Shown piece by piece: positions 11,151 through 24,948 of a stretch of 64,000 nucleotides of DNA. Within the stretch, counting starts at the first letter, position 1; each line of letters begins with the position of its first letter. The position numbers and the translations under genes are program-made. The DNA lies in assembly GCA_964016885.1 (NCBI GenBank), contig OZ024750.1:35154001-35218000 (forward strand), given 5' to 3'. The DNA comes from Eledone cirrhosa. Taxonomy: Eukaryota. The notes below the pieces were generated by a model. The model was given only the letters and a program-made list of their open reading frames with translations. It was not told where the DNA came from and searched no databases.

Positions 11151-13909
11151 ACAATTGTTTAAAAAACAATCTGAATTAAAACTAATCCTTAACAAAAAGT
11201 ATTTTAAATAAAGACTTTGTTCTCCAGTCATGTCATTTACATTCTGTAGTTTGTTAATGTTAACTCATTAATGGTAAGTTTAGTGTTCATGTACCTAGTG
11301 TAATGAACTAATTAATTAGAATTAGTTTTGTGTTTCATCATCATCATCATCATCATTTAACGTCTGTTTAACATTCTTGCATGGGTTAGGTTGTCACATT
11401 ATGAGATAAGCCAAGTCAGATGACCATGTTTTGTTTATATGGATCTGTATTTTGGCTGTTTTTCTACCACCTGATGCGTTCCTAATGCCAACCACTTTTA
11501 CAGAATGGACTAGGTGTGTTTTTTTATCATTTTCAAAAGCACAACCACCTACAGGGTTGACTGTGTGCTTTTTTTATTGTATCACCAAAACGACCACTTA
11601 CAGAGTGGACTGGGTGCTTTTTTATTGTGACACTAGCACAATCACCTACAGGGTGGAGTGGGTGCTTTTTTGCCGTGTCACCAGCACTACCACCTACAGG
11701 GTTGACTGAGTGCTTTTTTGTCATGTTACTAGTGTTGAGGAGAAATAACCATTAGAAATAACCAGAGACAATTGTTGTGACGTTTTAGTTGTATTAGATC
11801 TCTTCAGCAAAGTATAATCTTTACTTGTACTGTTAAAGATGTCATGAAAAGTTCATATGCTGACCAAGTATATTGAAAAATAAACCTCATTTAGTCATTC
11901 AATGAGAGTATCTTGGTCAGCCTATGAACTTTTCAGCCAACCTTCATATAATGAAAAATAAACCTCACTTGGTCATTCCAGGAGAGAATCTTGGTCAGCC
12001 TATGAACTTTTCATTTGACTCTAATACATACATCTCTAGTTGTATTCTTATTAGTCAGCAACTAGCTTACAATTCTTAATTTAATTTGCATTTATGTAGA
12101 CATTCTTTTTAACGTCTATTCTCGAAATACTAGCAACACTACAGAACTCTTCAAATTGATTATTATCTATTTAAAAACAGATGTCATCCAAGTGAATCTG
12201 TCTTTTATGTTTTTAGTCTGGGATCTAATAGTTGTGAAATGATATACTTAAGATGATGTGATTATAGATATAATATATATAAACATTACTGACACAATTA
12301 TACATACACCTAAACATATCATAGAGGGTGAAGGAGGATGTGAGAAAATGTATGAATATTTATGATCACACGTGAATACACAAGGAGATGAATGAATTGT
12401 TGAAGAGGAAATTTCTGTACAGATAGAGGAAGATTTGTATGATATTATCAGAAATATAGGATAACGAAATTAGAGTACATATAACCTATGGGGTTAGATG
12501 AAAGGAATTTGATTTGTTTTATCTGTGAGACAGTTTGGGTAAGAAAGTGTTTGAAAATTAATGGTATATTACATGGTTTTAAAAGAGAAAAAAAAAGGAG
12601 AATACTCTAGAGAAATAGTTATAAGATGAAAATGGATAATAAAATTGATTTAGCAAATAGTATAAGTTTGTTTTAGTAAATTCAAATCTAAGTGTCTTTA
12701 TTTTTATAGATTCGGGCAAACCAAAGCTATGTTTTAAAACACAGGAAAGTGAAATATAAGTCAGAGATAGAGCTGATACACAGTCATGCAATCTGCTAGA
12801 AATATCAGCTTCATCTTCCTCAAATCACATCCTGTAGCCTTAAAAGTGGAATAATACAGTGAACAATGTAGTATTAGATATATAAAAGATAGGATGGCCA
12901 TCACTGGAATGTCTTTGATAAACAACAATATGAGGAAGTGAAGTTCTTATTGTTTAGCTCCCAAATCACTTCTGATAGAGTAAATATCTGATTCAATATC
13001 CACCCATTACAATACTTTCTGTTTCCAGGCATTGTATATCTAGGAAGACATCATTTAATGTATCCTCTTTTTACAATGGTAGGATGTAATATGACAGACA
13101 ACAAGTTGGCAGAGTCATTAGAGCATGAAATAGAATGCTTTGTGGTATCTGTTCCAGTCCCCCGCACTCCAAATTCAAATCTCATTGAAGTCAACTTTGC
13201 CTCTCATTCATTCACAATTGATAAAGTACCAGTTTAATACTGAGGTCAATTCTTCCTCTATATCTCTTTGTCATGTCCTCTTGCTCACTCTCTATTCTTC
13301 TCTGAAAGAAATTGCTCAAGACACTGTATTTCACTATGGCTGTGGTGTGGTCCACCATGTGTTGTGTTACACTCCATCAACACCTTCATGTTTTCCCCAG
13401 GGATGTAGTTCAGCCTGTGTTGTGTTACACTCCGTCAACACCTTCATGTTTGCCCCAGCGATGTAGCTCACCCCGTGTTGTGTTACACTCCATCAACACC
13501 CTCCATGTGTACCTCTGGACTGTGGGCCACCTTTTGTTTTGTTACACTTCATCAACACTCTTGATATGTGCCTCACGGCTGTGGTCCACCCTGTATTGTG
13601 TTACACTCCATCCAGACCTTATATGTCTACCTCAAGGTTGATATATGTTGTACACCTGCCAAATTTTTTTGGATGTGTTTCAGACATCATCATCATTTTT
13701 ATATCTGTTTTTCTACTCTTGCATGGGTTGGATGGGTCCGTTTAACAATAAATGTTTTTTTTATAAATCTTTGCCATATCAGTTAGGCTTTCCCATAGCT
13801 TTCTACTCCAGTTCCACCTTTCCTCTTCATCTTTTAGTCATTTCAGACATATACATCATCGTCACCATCATCACCGTTTACATATTGGGTTATCAATAAT
13901 CTCAGCCAT

Positions 13910-13910
<1 letters not shown>

Positions 13911-13940
<30 letters not shown>

Positions 13941-14278
13941 GTCCCTTGACTTCTGTAGTCATTGAGGATCCTACTACAGAAGCATCACACATTCAAAATA
14001 GTCTAACAATGGTAACCGTCAACAAATCTGGTGTAGTCATATGCGTCCATTCTTTGACATTGTTCAACCAGTTTTTGCGTTACTATCCCCTCCTGTGTCT
14101 ACCTTCAACAGTGCTTTGTATGGTGGTTCTGCACAGGCTGTCATGTCATGTGACGTGGCCAAACCACGCCAGTTTCTTCCACTTGACAGTGGCGAAGAGA
14201 GGTTCCTGGTGACCCGCAAAACTTTTAACCTTTCTCTGTACTTATTCATTGGTTTTATGTTCCCAATAGGAAATTTGA
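13911..14278 (-). mobile_element. RTE-clade LINE 3' fragment with (GAT)n tail
   Basis: Minus strand encodes KKLAWFGHVT*HDSL..TVEG..KNWLNNVKEW. Flanked by the direct repeat agccatat. Confidence 0.75.
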
Positions 14279-15766
14279 AGCCATATATGTATTGGGTGAT
14301 CAATAATTCCAACCATATATGTATTGGGTGATCAATAATTCCAGCCATATATGTATTGGGTGATCAATAATTCCAGCCATATATGTATTGGGTGATCAAT
14401 AATTCCAGCCATATATGTATTGGGTGATCAATAATTCCAGCCATATATGTATTGGGTGATCAATAATTCCAGCCATATATGTATTGGGTGATCAATAATT
14501 CCAGCCATATATGTATTGGGTTGTCAATAATTCCAGCCATATATGTATTGGGTGATCAATAATTCCAGCTATATATGTATTGGGTGATCAATAATTCCAG
14601 CCATATATGTATTGGGTGATCAATAATTCCAGCCATATATGTATTGGGTGATCAATAATTCCAGCCATATATGTATTGGGTGATCAATAATTCCAACCAT
14701 ATATGTATTGGGTTATCAATAATTCCAGCCATATATGTATTGGGTTGTCAATAATTCCAGCCATATATGTATAGGGTTATCAATAATTCCAGCCATATAT
14801 GTATTGGGTGATCAATAATTCCAGCCATATATGTATTGGGTGATCAATAATTCCAGCCATATATGTATTGGGTGATCAATAATTCCAACCATATATGTAT
14901 TGGGTGATCAATAATTCCAGCCATATATGTATTGGGTTATCAATAATTCCAGCCATATATGTATTGGGTGATCAATAATTCCAGCCATATATGTATTGGG
15001 TGATCAATAATTCCAGCCATATGTGTATTGGGTGATCAATAATTCCAGCCATATATGTATTGGGTGATCAATAATTCCAGCCATATGTGTATTGGGTGAT
15101 CAATAATTCCAACCATATATGTATTGGGTTGTCAATAATTCCAGCCATATATGTATTGGGTTGTCAATAATTCCAGCCATATATGTATTGGGTGATCAAT
15201 AATTCCAGCCATATATGTATTGGGTTGTCAATAATTCCAGCCATATATGTATTGGGTTGTCAATAATTCCAGCCATATATGTATTGGGTGATCAATAATT
15301 CCAGCTATATATGTATTGGGTGATCAATAATTCCAGCCATATATGTATTGGGTGATCAATAATTCCAGCCATATGTGTATTGGGTGATCAATAATTCCAG
15401 CCATATATGTATTGGGTTGTCAATAATTCCAGCCATATATGTATTGGGTTGTCAATAATTCCAGCCATATATGTATTGGGTGATCAATAATTCCAGCTAT
15501 ATATGTATTGGGTGATCAATAATTCCAGCCATATATGTATTGGGTGATCAATAATTCCAGCCATATATGTATTGGGTTGTCAATAATTCCAGCCATATAT
15601 GTATTGGGTTGTCAATAATTCCAGCCATATATGTATTGGGTGATCAATAATTCCAGCTATATATGTATTGGGTGATCAATAATTCCAGCCATATATGTAT
15701 TGGGTGATCAATAATTCCAGCCATATATGTATTGGGTTGTCAATAATTCCAGCCATATATGTATTG
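14279..15766. repeat. Tandem minisatellite, 32-bp unit, ~46 copies
   Basis: Unit ccatatatgtattgggtgatcaataattccag. Confidence 0.98.
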
Positions 15767-15869
15767 AACTATTCATAATTCTAAATATATATCTATTGAA
15801 TTATTAATATTTTTAACAAAAAAATATTTTTATTGGATAAGATAATGTAAAAATTAATAATAGACGTAT

Positions 15870-16220
15870 GTCCACATACACACCCACACACAAACACTCA
15901 CGCACACTCTCTCTCTCACACACATACATGCTCTCTCTCTCTCACACTCTCTCACACACATATATACTCTCAAAATCACTCACATACACACGCACACACA
16001 CGCACACACATTCTCTCTCTCACTCTCTGACACACACACACACGCACTCACACATTTATGCACACACACACACACAATCATTCTCTCACACAATCACACA
16101 CACATTCTGTCTCTCTCACACACACACACACTATCACTCACACACACTCACTTATTCACACATGCAGTCACACACTTATGCACACAGGCACACAATCATT
16201 CTCTCACACAATCACACACA
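15870..16220. repeat. Compound (CA)/(CT) microsatellite
   Basis: Direct inspection. Confidence 0.9.
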
Positions 16221-16617
16221 TATTTGATTTGCATTTTTAATTTGGTTTTATAAGTTGGCTTATGAATCTTATAAATTAACCAAAAGCTAAAACAAATTTT
16301 CCTATTAAAGTTTTGGCTTCACTTTTTGCTCTTTAATTCTATTGGTCTTAGAAATATATTCAGACAATAAAAAATGATATTATAGAAATTTTCTATGAAG
16401 AAATCTTTTGAAATTCTATCCAATTACTTTTCTAAAAGAACTTAATAGAGCTAACTTTTCTGATAAATGTAGCAGAATTAAGAAAATATTGATGACAACT
16501 TATAGATATTATCAAAGCTATTCAGATAAAGGATAAAAATAAAAAGTGCATTTACTAATTAAATAAAAGGATGTTTTTTTTAATTTTATTTTATTAATTA
16601 TATATTTTTGGCAAGAC

Positions 16618-19600
16618 TTAACCCTTTCATTAGCAAATAACCTGAAACTCTGCCAGTTCTGTGATACAAAGCTGTTTGTTATAAAGTGTTTATATTTATC
16701 CAAAAGTGTTCCATTATATTTTCATGTAAGAACCTTTGTTAAGTTATGTTCCAAACACCCCTGGTTCTAAGGATTCAAAGCTGTTTATATCAAAGCATTT
16801 ATATTTATCCAAAAGCCTTCATTTATATTTTCATGTAAGAACATTTGTTAAATTATGTTCCAAATAATGAGAAAATAAAAATTTCTCCAAATTGTTGATT
16901 ATTTTCAAAATGATATTAAAATCATAGGCAGTGGTCTGTATTGGCTAATGACAGACAGCTGAGTGACAGATTCTGGTGAGTGTTGGCTAATGACAGACAG
17001 ACAGCTGAGTGACAGATTCTGGTGAGTGTTGGCTAATGACAGACAGACAGACAGTTGAGTGACAGATTCTGGTGAGTGTTGGCTAATGACAGACAGACAG
17101 ACAGCTGAGTGACAGATTCTGGTGAATGTTGGCTAATGACAGACAGACAGCTGAGTGACAGATTCTGGTGAGTGTTGGCTAATGACAGACAGACAGACAG
17201 CTGAGTGACATATTCTGGTGAGTGTTGGCTAATGACAGACAGACAGCTGAGTGACATATTCTGGTGAGTGTTGGCTAATGACAGACAGCTGAGTGACAGA
17301 TTCTGGTGAGTGTTGGCTAATGACAGACAGACAGCTGAGTGACATATTCTGGTGAGTGTTGGCTAATGACAGACCGACAGCTGAGTGACAGATTCTGGTG
17401 AGTGTTGGCTAATGACAGACAGACAGCTGAGTGACAGATTCTGGTGAGTGTTGGCTAATGACAGACAGACAGCTGAGTGACATATTCTGGTGAGTGTTGG
17501 CTAATGACAGACAGACAGCTGAGTGACATATTCTGGTGAGTGCTGGCTAATGACAGACAGACAGCTGAGTGACAGATTCTGGTGAGTGTTGGCTAATGAC
17601 AGACAGACAGCTGAGTGACATATTCTGGTGAGTGTTGGCTAATGACAGACAGACAGCTGAGTGACATATTCTGGTGAGTGTTGGCTAATGACAGACAGAC
17701 AGCTGAGTGACATATTCTGGTGAGTGTTGGCTAATGACAGACAGACAGCTGAGTGACATATTCTGGTGAGTGTTGGCTAATGACAGACAGACAGCTGAGT
17801 GACAGATTCTGGTGAGTGTTGGCTAATGACAGACAGACAGCTGATTGACATATTCTGGTGAGTGTTGGCTAATGACAGACAGACAGCTGAGTGACAGATT
17901 CTGGTGAGTGTTTGCTAATGACAGACAGACAGCTGAGTGACATATTCTGGTGAGTGTTGGCTAATGACAGACAGACAGCTGAGTGACATATTCTGGTGAG
18001 TGTTGGCTAATGACAGACAGACAGCTGAGTGACAGATTCTGGTGAGTGTTGGCTAATGACAGACAGACAGCTGAGTGACATATTCTGGTGAGTGTTGGCT
18101 AATGACAGACAGACAGCTGAGTGACAGATTCTGGTGAGTGTTGGCTAATGACAGGCAGACAGCTGAGTGACAGATTCTGGTGAGTGTTGGCTAATGACAG
18201 GCAGACAAACACAGCTGAGTGACAGATTCTGGTGAGTGTTGGCTAATGACAGGGAGACACACAGCTGAGTGACAGATTCTGGTGAGTGTTGGCTAATGAC
18301 AGGGAGACACACAGATGAGTGACAGATTCTGGTGAGTGTGGGCTAATGACAGGCAGACAGACAGCTGAGTGACAGATTCTGGTGAGTGTTGGCTAATGAC
18401 AGACAGACAGACAGCTGAGTGACAGATTCTGGTGAGTGTTGGCTAATGACAGGGAGACACACAGCTGAGTGACAGATTCTGGTGAGTGTTGGCTAATGAC
18501 AGACAGACAGCTGAGTGACAGATTCTGGTGAGTGTTGGCTAATGACAGGCAGACAGCTGAGTGACAGATTCTGGTGAGTGTTGGCTAATGACAGACAGAC
18601 AGCTGAGTGACAGATTCTGGTGAGTGTTGGCTAATGACAGACAGACAGCTGAGTGACAGATTCTGGTGAGTGTTGGCTAATGACAGACAGACAGACAGTT
18701 GAGTGACAGATTCTGGTGAGTGTTGGCTAATGACAGACAGACAGACAGCTGAGTGACAGATTCTGGTGAATGTTGGCTAATGACAGACAGACAGCTGAGT
18801 GACAGATTCTGGTGAGTGTTGGCTAATGACAGACAGACAGACAGCTGAGTGACATATTCTGGTGAGTGTTGGCTAATGACAGACAGACAGCTGAGTGACA
18901 TATTCTGGTGAGTGTTGGCTAATGACAGACAGCTGAGTGACAGATTCTGGTGAGTGTTGGCTAATGACAGACAGACAGCTGAGTGACATATTCTGGTGAG
19001 TGTTGGCTAATGACAGACCGACAGCTGAGTGACAGATTCTGGTGAGTGTTGGCTAATGACAGACAGACAGCTGAGTGACAGATTCTGGTGAGTGTTGGCT
19101 AATGACAGACAGACAGCTGAGTGACATATTCTGGTGAGTGTTGGCTAATGACAGACAGACAGCTGAGTGACATATTCTGGTGAGTGCTGGCTAATGACAG
19201 ACAGACAGCTGAGTGACAGATTCTGGTGAGTGTTGGCTAATGACAGACAGACAGCTGAGTGACATATTCTGGTGAGTGTTGGCTAATGACAGACAGACAG
19301 CTGAGTGACATATTCTGGTGAGTGTTGGCTAATGACAGACAGACAGCTGAGTGACATATTCTGGTGAGTGTTGGCTAATGACAGACAGACAGCTGAGTGA
19401 CATATTCTGGTGAGTGTTGGCTAATGACAGACAGACAGCTGAGTGACAGATTCTGGTGAGTGTTGGCTAATGACAGACAGACAGCTGAGTGACATATTCT
19501 GGTGAGTGTTGGCTAATGACAGACAGACAGCTGAGTGACAGATTCTGGTGAGTGTTTGCTAATGACAGACAGACAGCTGAGTGACATATTCTGGTGAGTG

Positions 19601-22390
19601 TTGGCTAATGACAGACAGACAGCTGAGTGACATATTCTGGTGAGTGTTGGCTAATGACAGACAGACAGCTGAGTGACAGATTCTGGTGAGTGTTGGCTAA
19701 TGACAGACAGACAGCTGAGTGACATATTCTGGTGAGTGTTGGCTAATGACAGACAGACAGCTGAGTGACAGATTCTGGTGAGTGTTGGCTAATGACAGGC
19801 AGACAGCTGAGTGACAGATTCTGGTGAGTGTTGGCTAATGACAGGCAGACAAACACAGCTGAGTGACAGATTCTGGTGAGTGTTGGCTAATGACAGGGAG
19901 ACACACAGCTGAGTGACAGATTCTGGTGAGTGTTGGCTAATGACAGGGAGACACACAGATGAGTGACAGATTCTGGTGAGTGTGGGCTAATGACAGGCAG
20001 ACAGACAGCTGAGTGACAGATTCTGGTGAGTGTTGGCTAATGACAGACAGACAGACAGCTGAGTGACAGATTCTGGTGAGTGTTGGCTAATGACAGGGAG
20101 ACACACAGCTGAGTGACAGATTCTGGTGAGTGTTGGCTAATGACAGACAGACAGCTGAGTGACAGATTCTGGTGAGTGTTGGCTAATGACAGGCAGACAG
20201 CTGAGTGACAGATTCTGGTGAGTGTTGGCTAATGACAGACAGACAGCTGAGTGACAGATTCTGGTGAGTGTTGGCTAATGACAGACAGACAGCTGAGTGA
20301 CAGATTCTGGTGAGTGTTGGCTAATGACAGACAGACAGCTGAGTGACAGATTCTGGTGAGTGTTGGCTAATGACAGGCAGACAGCTGAGTGACATATTCT
20401 GGTGAGTGTTGGCTAATGACAGACAGACAGCTGAGTGACATATTCTGGTAAGTGTTGGCTAATGACAGACAGACAGCTGAGTGACAGATTCTGGTGAGTG
20501 TTGGCTAATGACAGACAGACAGCTGAGTGACAGATTCTGGTGAGTGTTGGCTAATGACAGACAGACAGCTGAGTGACAGATTCTGGTGAGTGTTGGCTAA
20601 TGACAGACAGACAGCTGAGTGACAGATTCTGGTGAGTGTTGGCTAATGACAGGCAGACAGCTGAGTGACATATTCTGGTGAGTGTTGGCTAATGACAGGC
20701 AGACAGCTGAGTGACATATTCTGGTGAGTGTTGGCTAATGACAGACAGACAGCTGAGTGACATATTCTGGTGAGTGTTGGCTAATGACAGGCAGACAGCT
20801 GAGTGACATATTCTGGTGATTGTTGGCTAATGACAGACAGACAGCTGAGTGACATATTCTGGTGAGTGTTGGCTAATGACAGACAGACAGCTGAGTGACA
20901 TATTCTGGTGAGTGTTGGCTAATGACAGACACAGAGCTGAGTGACATATTCTGGTGAGTGTTGGCTAATGACAGGGAGACACACAGCTGAGTGACAGATT
21001 CTGGTGAGTGTTGGCTAATGACAGTGAGACACACAGCTGAGTGACAGATTCTGGTGAGTGTTGGCTAATGACAGGGAGACAGACAGTTGAGTGACAGATT
21101 CTGGTGAGTGTGGTCTAATGACAGGGAGACACACAGCTGAGTGACAGATTCTGGTGAGTGTTGGCTAATGACAGGCAGACAAACACAGATGAGTGACAGA
21201 TTCTGGTGAGTGTTGGCTAATGACAGGGAGACAAACACAGATGAGTGACAGATTCTGGTGAGTGTTGGCTAATGACAGGTAGACACACAGATGAGTGACA
21301 GATTCTGGTGAGTGTTGGCTAATGACAGGCAGACAAACACAGATGAGTGACAGATTCTGGTGAGTGTTGGCTAATGACAGGGAGCCACACAGATGAGTGA
21401 CAGATTCTGGTGAGTGTTGGCTAATGACAGGCAGACAAACACAGCTGAGTGACAGATTCTGGTGAGTGTTGGCTAATGACAGGGAGACACACAGCTGAGT
21501 GACAGATTCTGGTGAGTGTTGGCTAATGACAGGCAGACAAACACAGATGAGTGACAGATTCTGGTGAGTGTGGGCTAATGACAGGCAGACAGACAGCTGA
21601 GTGACAGATTCTGGTGAGTGTTGGCTAATGACAGGGAGACACACAGATGAGTGACAGATTCTGGTGAGTGTTGGCTAATGACAGGGAGACACACAGATGA
21701 GTGACAGATTCTGGTGAGTGTGGGCTAATGACAGGCAGACAGACAGCTGAGTGACAGATTCTGGTGAGTGTTGGCTAATGACAGACAGACAGACAGCTGA
21801 GTGACAGATTCTGGTGAGTGTTGGCTAATGACAGGGAGACACACAGCTGAGTGACAGATTCTGGTGAGTGTTGGCTAATGACAGACAGACAGCTGAGTGA
21901 CAGATTCTGGTGAGTGTTGGCTAATGACAGGCAGACAGCTGAGTGACAGATTCTGGTGAGTGTTGGCTAATGACAGGGAGACAGCTGAGTGACAGATTCT
22001 GGTGAGTGTTGGCTAATGACAGACAGACAGCTGAGTGACAGATTCTGGTGAGTGTTGGCTAATGACAGGGAGACAGCTGAGTGACAGATTCTGGTGAGTG
22101 TTGGCTAATGACAGACAGACAGCTGAGTGACAGATTCTGGTGAGTGTTGGCTAATGACAGACAGACACACACAGATGAGTGACAGATTCTGGTGAGTGTT
22201 GGCTAATGACAGGCAGACACACAGCTGAGTGACAGATTCTGGTTAGTGTTTGTTAGTGGCAGACAGACACACAGCTGAGTGACAGATTCTGGTAAGTGTT
22301 GGCTAATGACAGGCAGACAGACAGCTGAGTGACAGATTCTGGTTAGTGTTTGTTAGTGGCAGACAGACAATAAGGTAATGAAAGGGTTAA
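16618..22390. mobile_element. Probable piggyBac-type non-autonomous element enclosing a satellite
   Basis: TTAA (16618-16621) + CCCTTTCATTA ... TAATGAAAGGG + TTAA (22387-22390), i.e. perfect 11-bp TIRs. Confidence 0.6.
16940..22368. repeat. Tandem satellite, ~46-bp unit (42-50 bp variants), ~115 copies
   Basis: Unit ctgagtgacagattctggtgagtgttggctaatgacagacagacag; length varies through an internal (ACAG)n. Confidence 0.98.
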
Positions 22391-22439
22391 AAATATCAAT
22401 GTTTTATGTTAATTTACACTGTTATAGTAATAATTATTG

Positions 22440-22740
22440 CAGGTAGTAGTTAGGGTGTTTGACTCACCATCGTAAAGTCATGGGTTCAATTCCCAGCAGT
22501 TCATTATGTCCTTGAGCAAGACATTTTATTTCACATTCTTCCAATCCTCTCTAGCTGGTAAAAAATGAGTTTTACTTGTAATTCGAAGGACCAGCTTTGT
22601 CGCATTTTGTATCATACTGAGAACTATGCTAAAGATAAGCATGTCTGAGTCACTTGCACGTTAATTTCATGAGTAGGCTGTTCAGTTGATCATATCAACT
22701 GAAACGCTCATCATTGTAATCGATGGAGGACCAGTATTTC
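22440..22740 (+). mobile_element. Old tRNA-derived SINE
   Basis: A-box-like ggtagtagttagggtg, B-box gggttcaattccc, then tccttgagcaagacattttatttcacatt shared with SINE family 2. Confidence 0.6.
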
Positions 22741-23314
22741 ATAAACATCAAGCAATTGGGTATATATTCTATTTTGAGTGCTCAAACTGGTGACTGAATT
22801 GTAACTAAATGTTACACGCATAACACCTGTATCAACAGTTTTCCAACAGAGGGAAGCATGAATGGAACTGTTATTTTTCTCTAAAACATTTTCTCTGAAT
22901 CTGCGCTTTTTGTCATGACACCTACACAACCACTTTATACAGTGGACTGGGTGCTTTTTATTGTGATACTTACACGATTACTTTACAGTGTGTTCTGGGT
23001 GATTGTTTTCATGACACCTAGATGACCACTCTACAGTGTGGACTGGATGCTTTTTGTGTGCATATATATATATATATATATATGCATATGCCACCAGTTC
23101 TTTGAGAAAACAACACCATACTTCAGGACTGGGCATATCAAAAGATCGAAATAACAGAGGTAAACTTTGTTCCATCATTATCTTTTTCTGTTTTTTCTGT
23201 TCTAGTTCTAGCTGTCTAATGAAGTCATAACTGTTGAATAATGGTTATTACCGAAATATATATAACAGCGAATAAGATTAAATGTAATTAATTTTAACCT
23301 TTTGACTTACACTT

Positions 23315-23658
23315 CATCATCATTTCATCATTTCATTTTACGTCCGCTTTTCCCTGCTTGCAAGGGTGGGACGGGAACTGATTCTGGTTTGATTTCTACA
23401 GCTGGATGCCCTTCCTAACACCAACCTCATTTACAGTGAGTGCTGGGTGCTTTTTTGCCGTGGCACCTCCACGACCACTTTGCAGTGGAATGATAGGGAC
23501 CCCAGTCCCTATCATCTCATTTCTACAGCTGAGTAAACTGGAGCAATGTGAAATAAAGTGTCTTGCTCAAGGAAACAACACATCACCCGGTCTGAGAATT
23601 GAACTCGCAACCTTTCGATTGCAAGGCCAATGCTCTAACCACTAAGCCATGTGCCTCC
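23315..23658 (-). mobile_element. SINE family 2 (tRNA-derived head, RTE-LINE-derived 3' tail, (GAT)n end)
   Basis: Head ggaggcacatggcttagtggttagagca...gagttcaattctc; tail ggttggtgttaggaagggcatccagctgtagaaa...ggacgtaaaatga(tga)n. Other copies or tails at 26915-27225(+), 30280-30660(-), 30710-30963(+), 45082-45463(+), 57994-58247(-), 11336-11730(-), 27265-27500(-), 37440-37695(+), 51085-51205(-), 54421-54584(-). Confidence 0.9.
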
Positions 23659-23789
23659 TTCTCGTTTATAAATTACTCCGGAGTAAACAGACCCACCTGC
23701 ACACTTCATTGAGTGCTCTACCCTGCATACTGAAGTGTAGGATACAAACCAACACATACTCAAATTTATATGTGTATATATATATATAT

Positions 23790-23817
<28 letters not shown>

Positions 23818-23820
<3 letters not shown>

Positions 23821-24100
23821 TTGCAATAGCCTCGGGTTTAAAGGCCTTCAACTCTTCAACAATCTTTGTTGAAATTTGAGAGATCTGCATGGTATGGACG
23901 TGGATGTTTTCAAGAAACATCTTGAAACTCTGCTATCCTGGATGAGCCCACAGCACGGTACGAAGGTAATCTAAGGGCAATGAATTCCCTCTTACATCAA
24001 TGGCCAGCCATTACAGGCTAGAGATAGAACTTGTAGCAACAAGAGCAGTTCTCCAGCATGGCCTCAGCCGGATGGCTGGAATAGGTAAAAGATTAAAAGA
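23818..24100 (+). mobile_element. 3' fragment of the CR1-like LINE found at 45850-47458
   Basis: Shares ttgcaatagcct...gagatctgcat...ccagcatggcctcagccggatggctg...ggtaaaaga with 47170-47458. Confidence 0.85.
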
Positions 24101-24241
24101 ATATATAAGCATATATATATACATATATATATATTTAATATAGAAATGGCTTCTACAGGAGAAATCATCAGGAAGCCATATATATATATATATATACACA
24201 ATGGCATAGGCATTACAATACAATGGGGATAAACATAATAG

Positions 24242-24285
24242 TACCACTGATGATGTCACAGATGTGTGACGAAAGAACTTTGATA
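24242..24285 (+). ncRNA. Minimal type I hammerhead motif, family B
   Basis: CUGAUGA (24247-24253), extra U, stem II GUCACA/UGUGAC, GAAA, 2-bp stem III, CUU site; stem I imperfect (UACCA/UGAUA). Confidence 0.55.
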
Positions 24286-24479
24286 GACTATATATATATA
24301 TTTCTTAACTGTTGGTCAATCAATTATAAACATTGATTGACAGATAAATTAACTATGGAGATATAAAAGATACAGAAGCAAAAACCAACCCAAACCAAAC
24401 TGAGTGTATTCTGTTATTATTTCTGACAATATTATAACAATATGACCCTCCCCAAGTATATATATATATATATATGATG

Positions 24480-24948
24480 TTCGTGGTCTTCACTCTACTG
24501 TGTCTTCCTTTGGGATTTCTTGGCACTTCTTCACCCAGTAGTCATCCTCCATGTGCATTACATGTCCATACCATTGCAGTCTTCTCTCCTGCACACTACC
24601 GTTTATCCCTCTTATACACAGTTTCTCTCTCAACTCATCTATACTTGGTCATTCACGCTCATTGACATTGCACATCCATCGGAACATGCTTGCTTCATTT
24701 CTCTCCAGCCGTCACATATCCTCCCCAGTTACTGCCCTTGTCTCACTACCATGCAGCATCGCGCATCTCACACAGGCATTATATAACCATCCTTTCGTAC
24801 GCAGGGAGAAACTCTTCTTAGTCAACAGAGAAAGCAGCTCCCTAAACTTTTTCCAACCCGTCCTTATTCTAGATACTATGACCTCGGAGCACCCTCCTCC
24901 CTTGCTAATCTGATCACCTAGGTATCGGAAGCTATCAACCACCTCTAT
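24480..24948 (-). pseudogene. RTE LINE ORF 3' fragment
   Basis: EVVDSFRYLGDQISKGGG..RIRTGWKKFRELL..LYNACVRCAMLHGSET. Confidence 0.9.

Noticed and set aside
14279-22368. Regular repeats as possible CRISPR arrays
   Set aside because: No unique spacers, no cas genes, eukaryotic context; these are tandem satellites.
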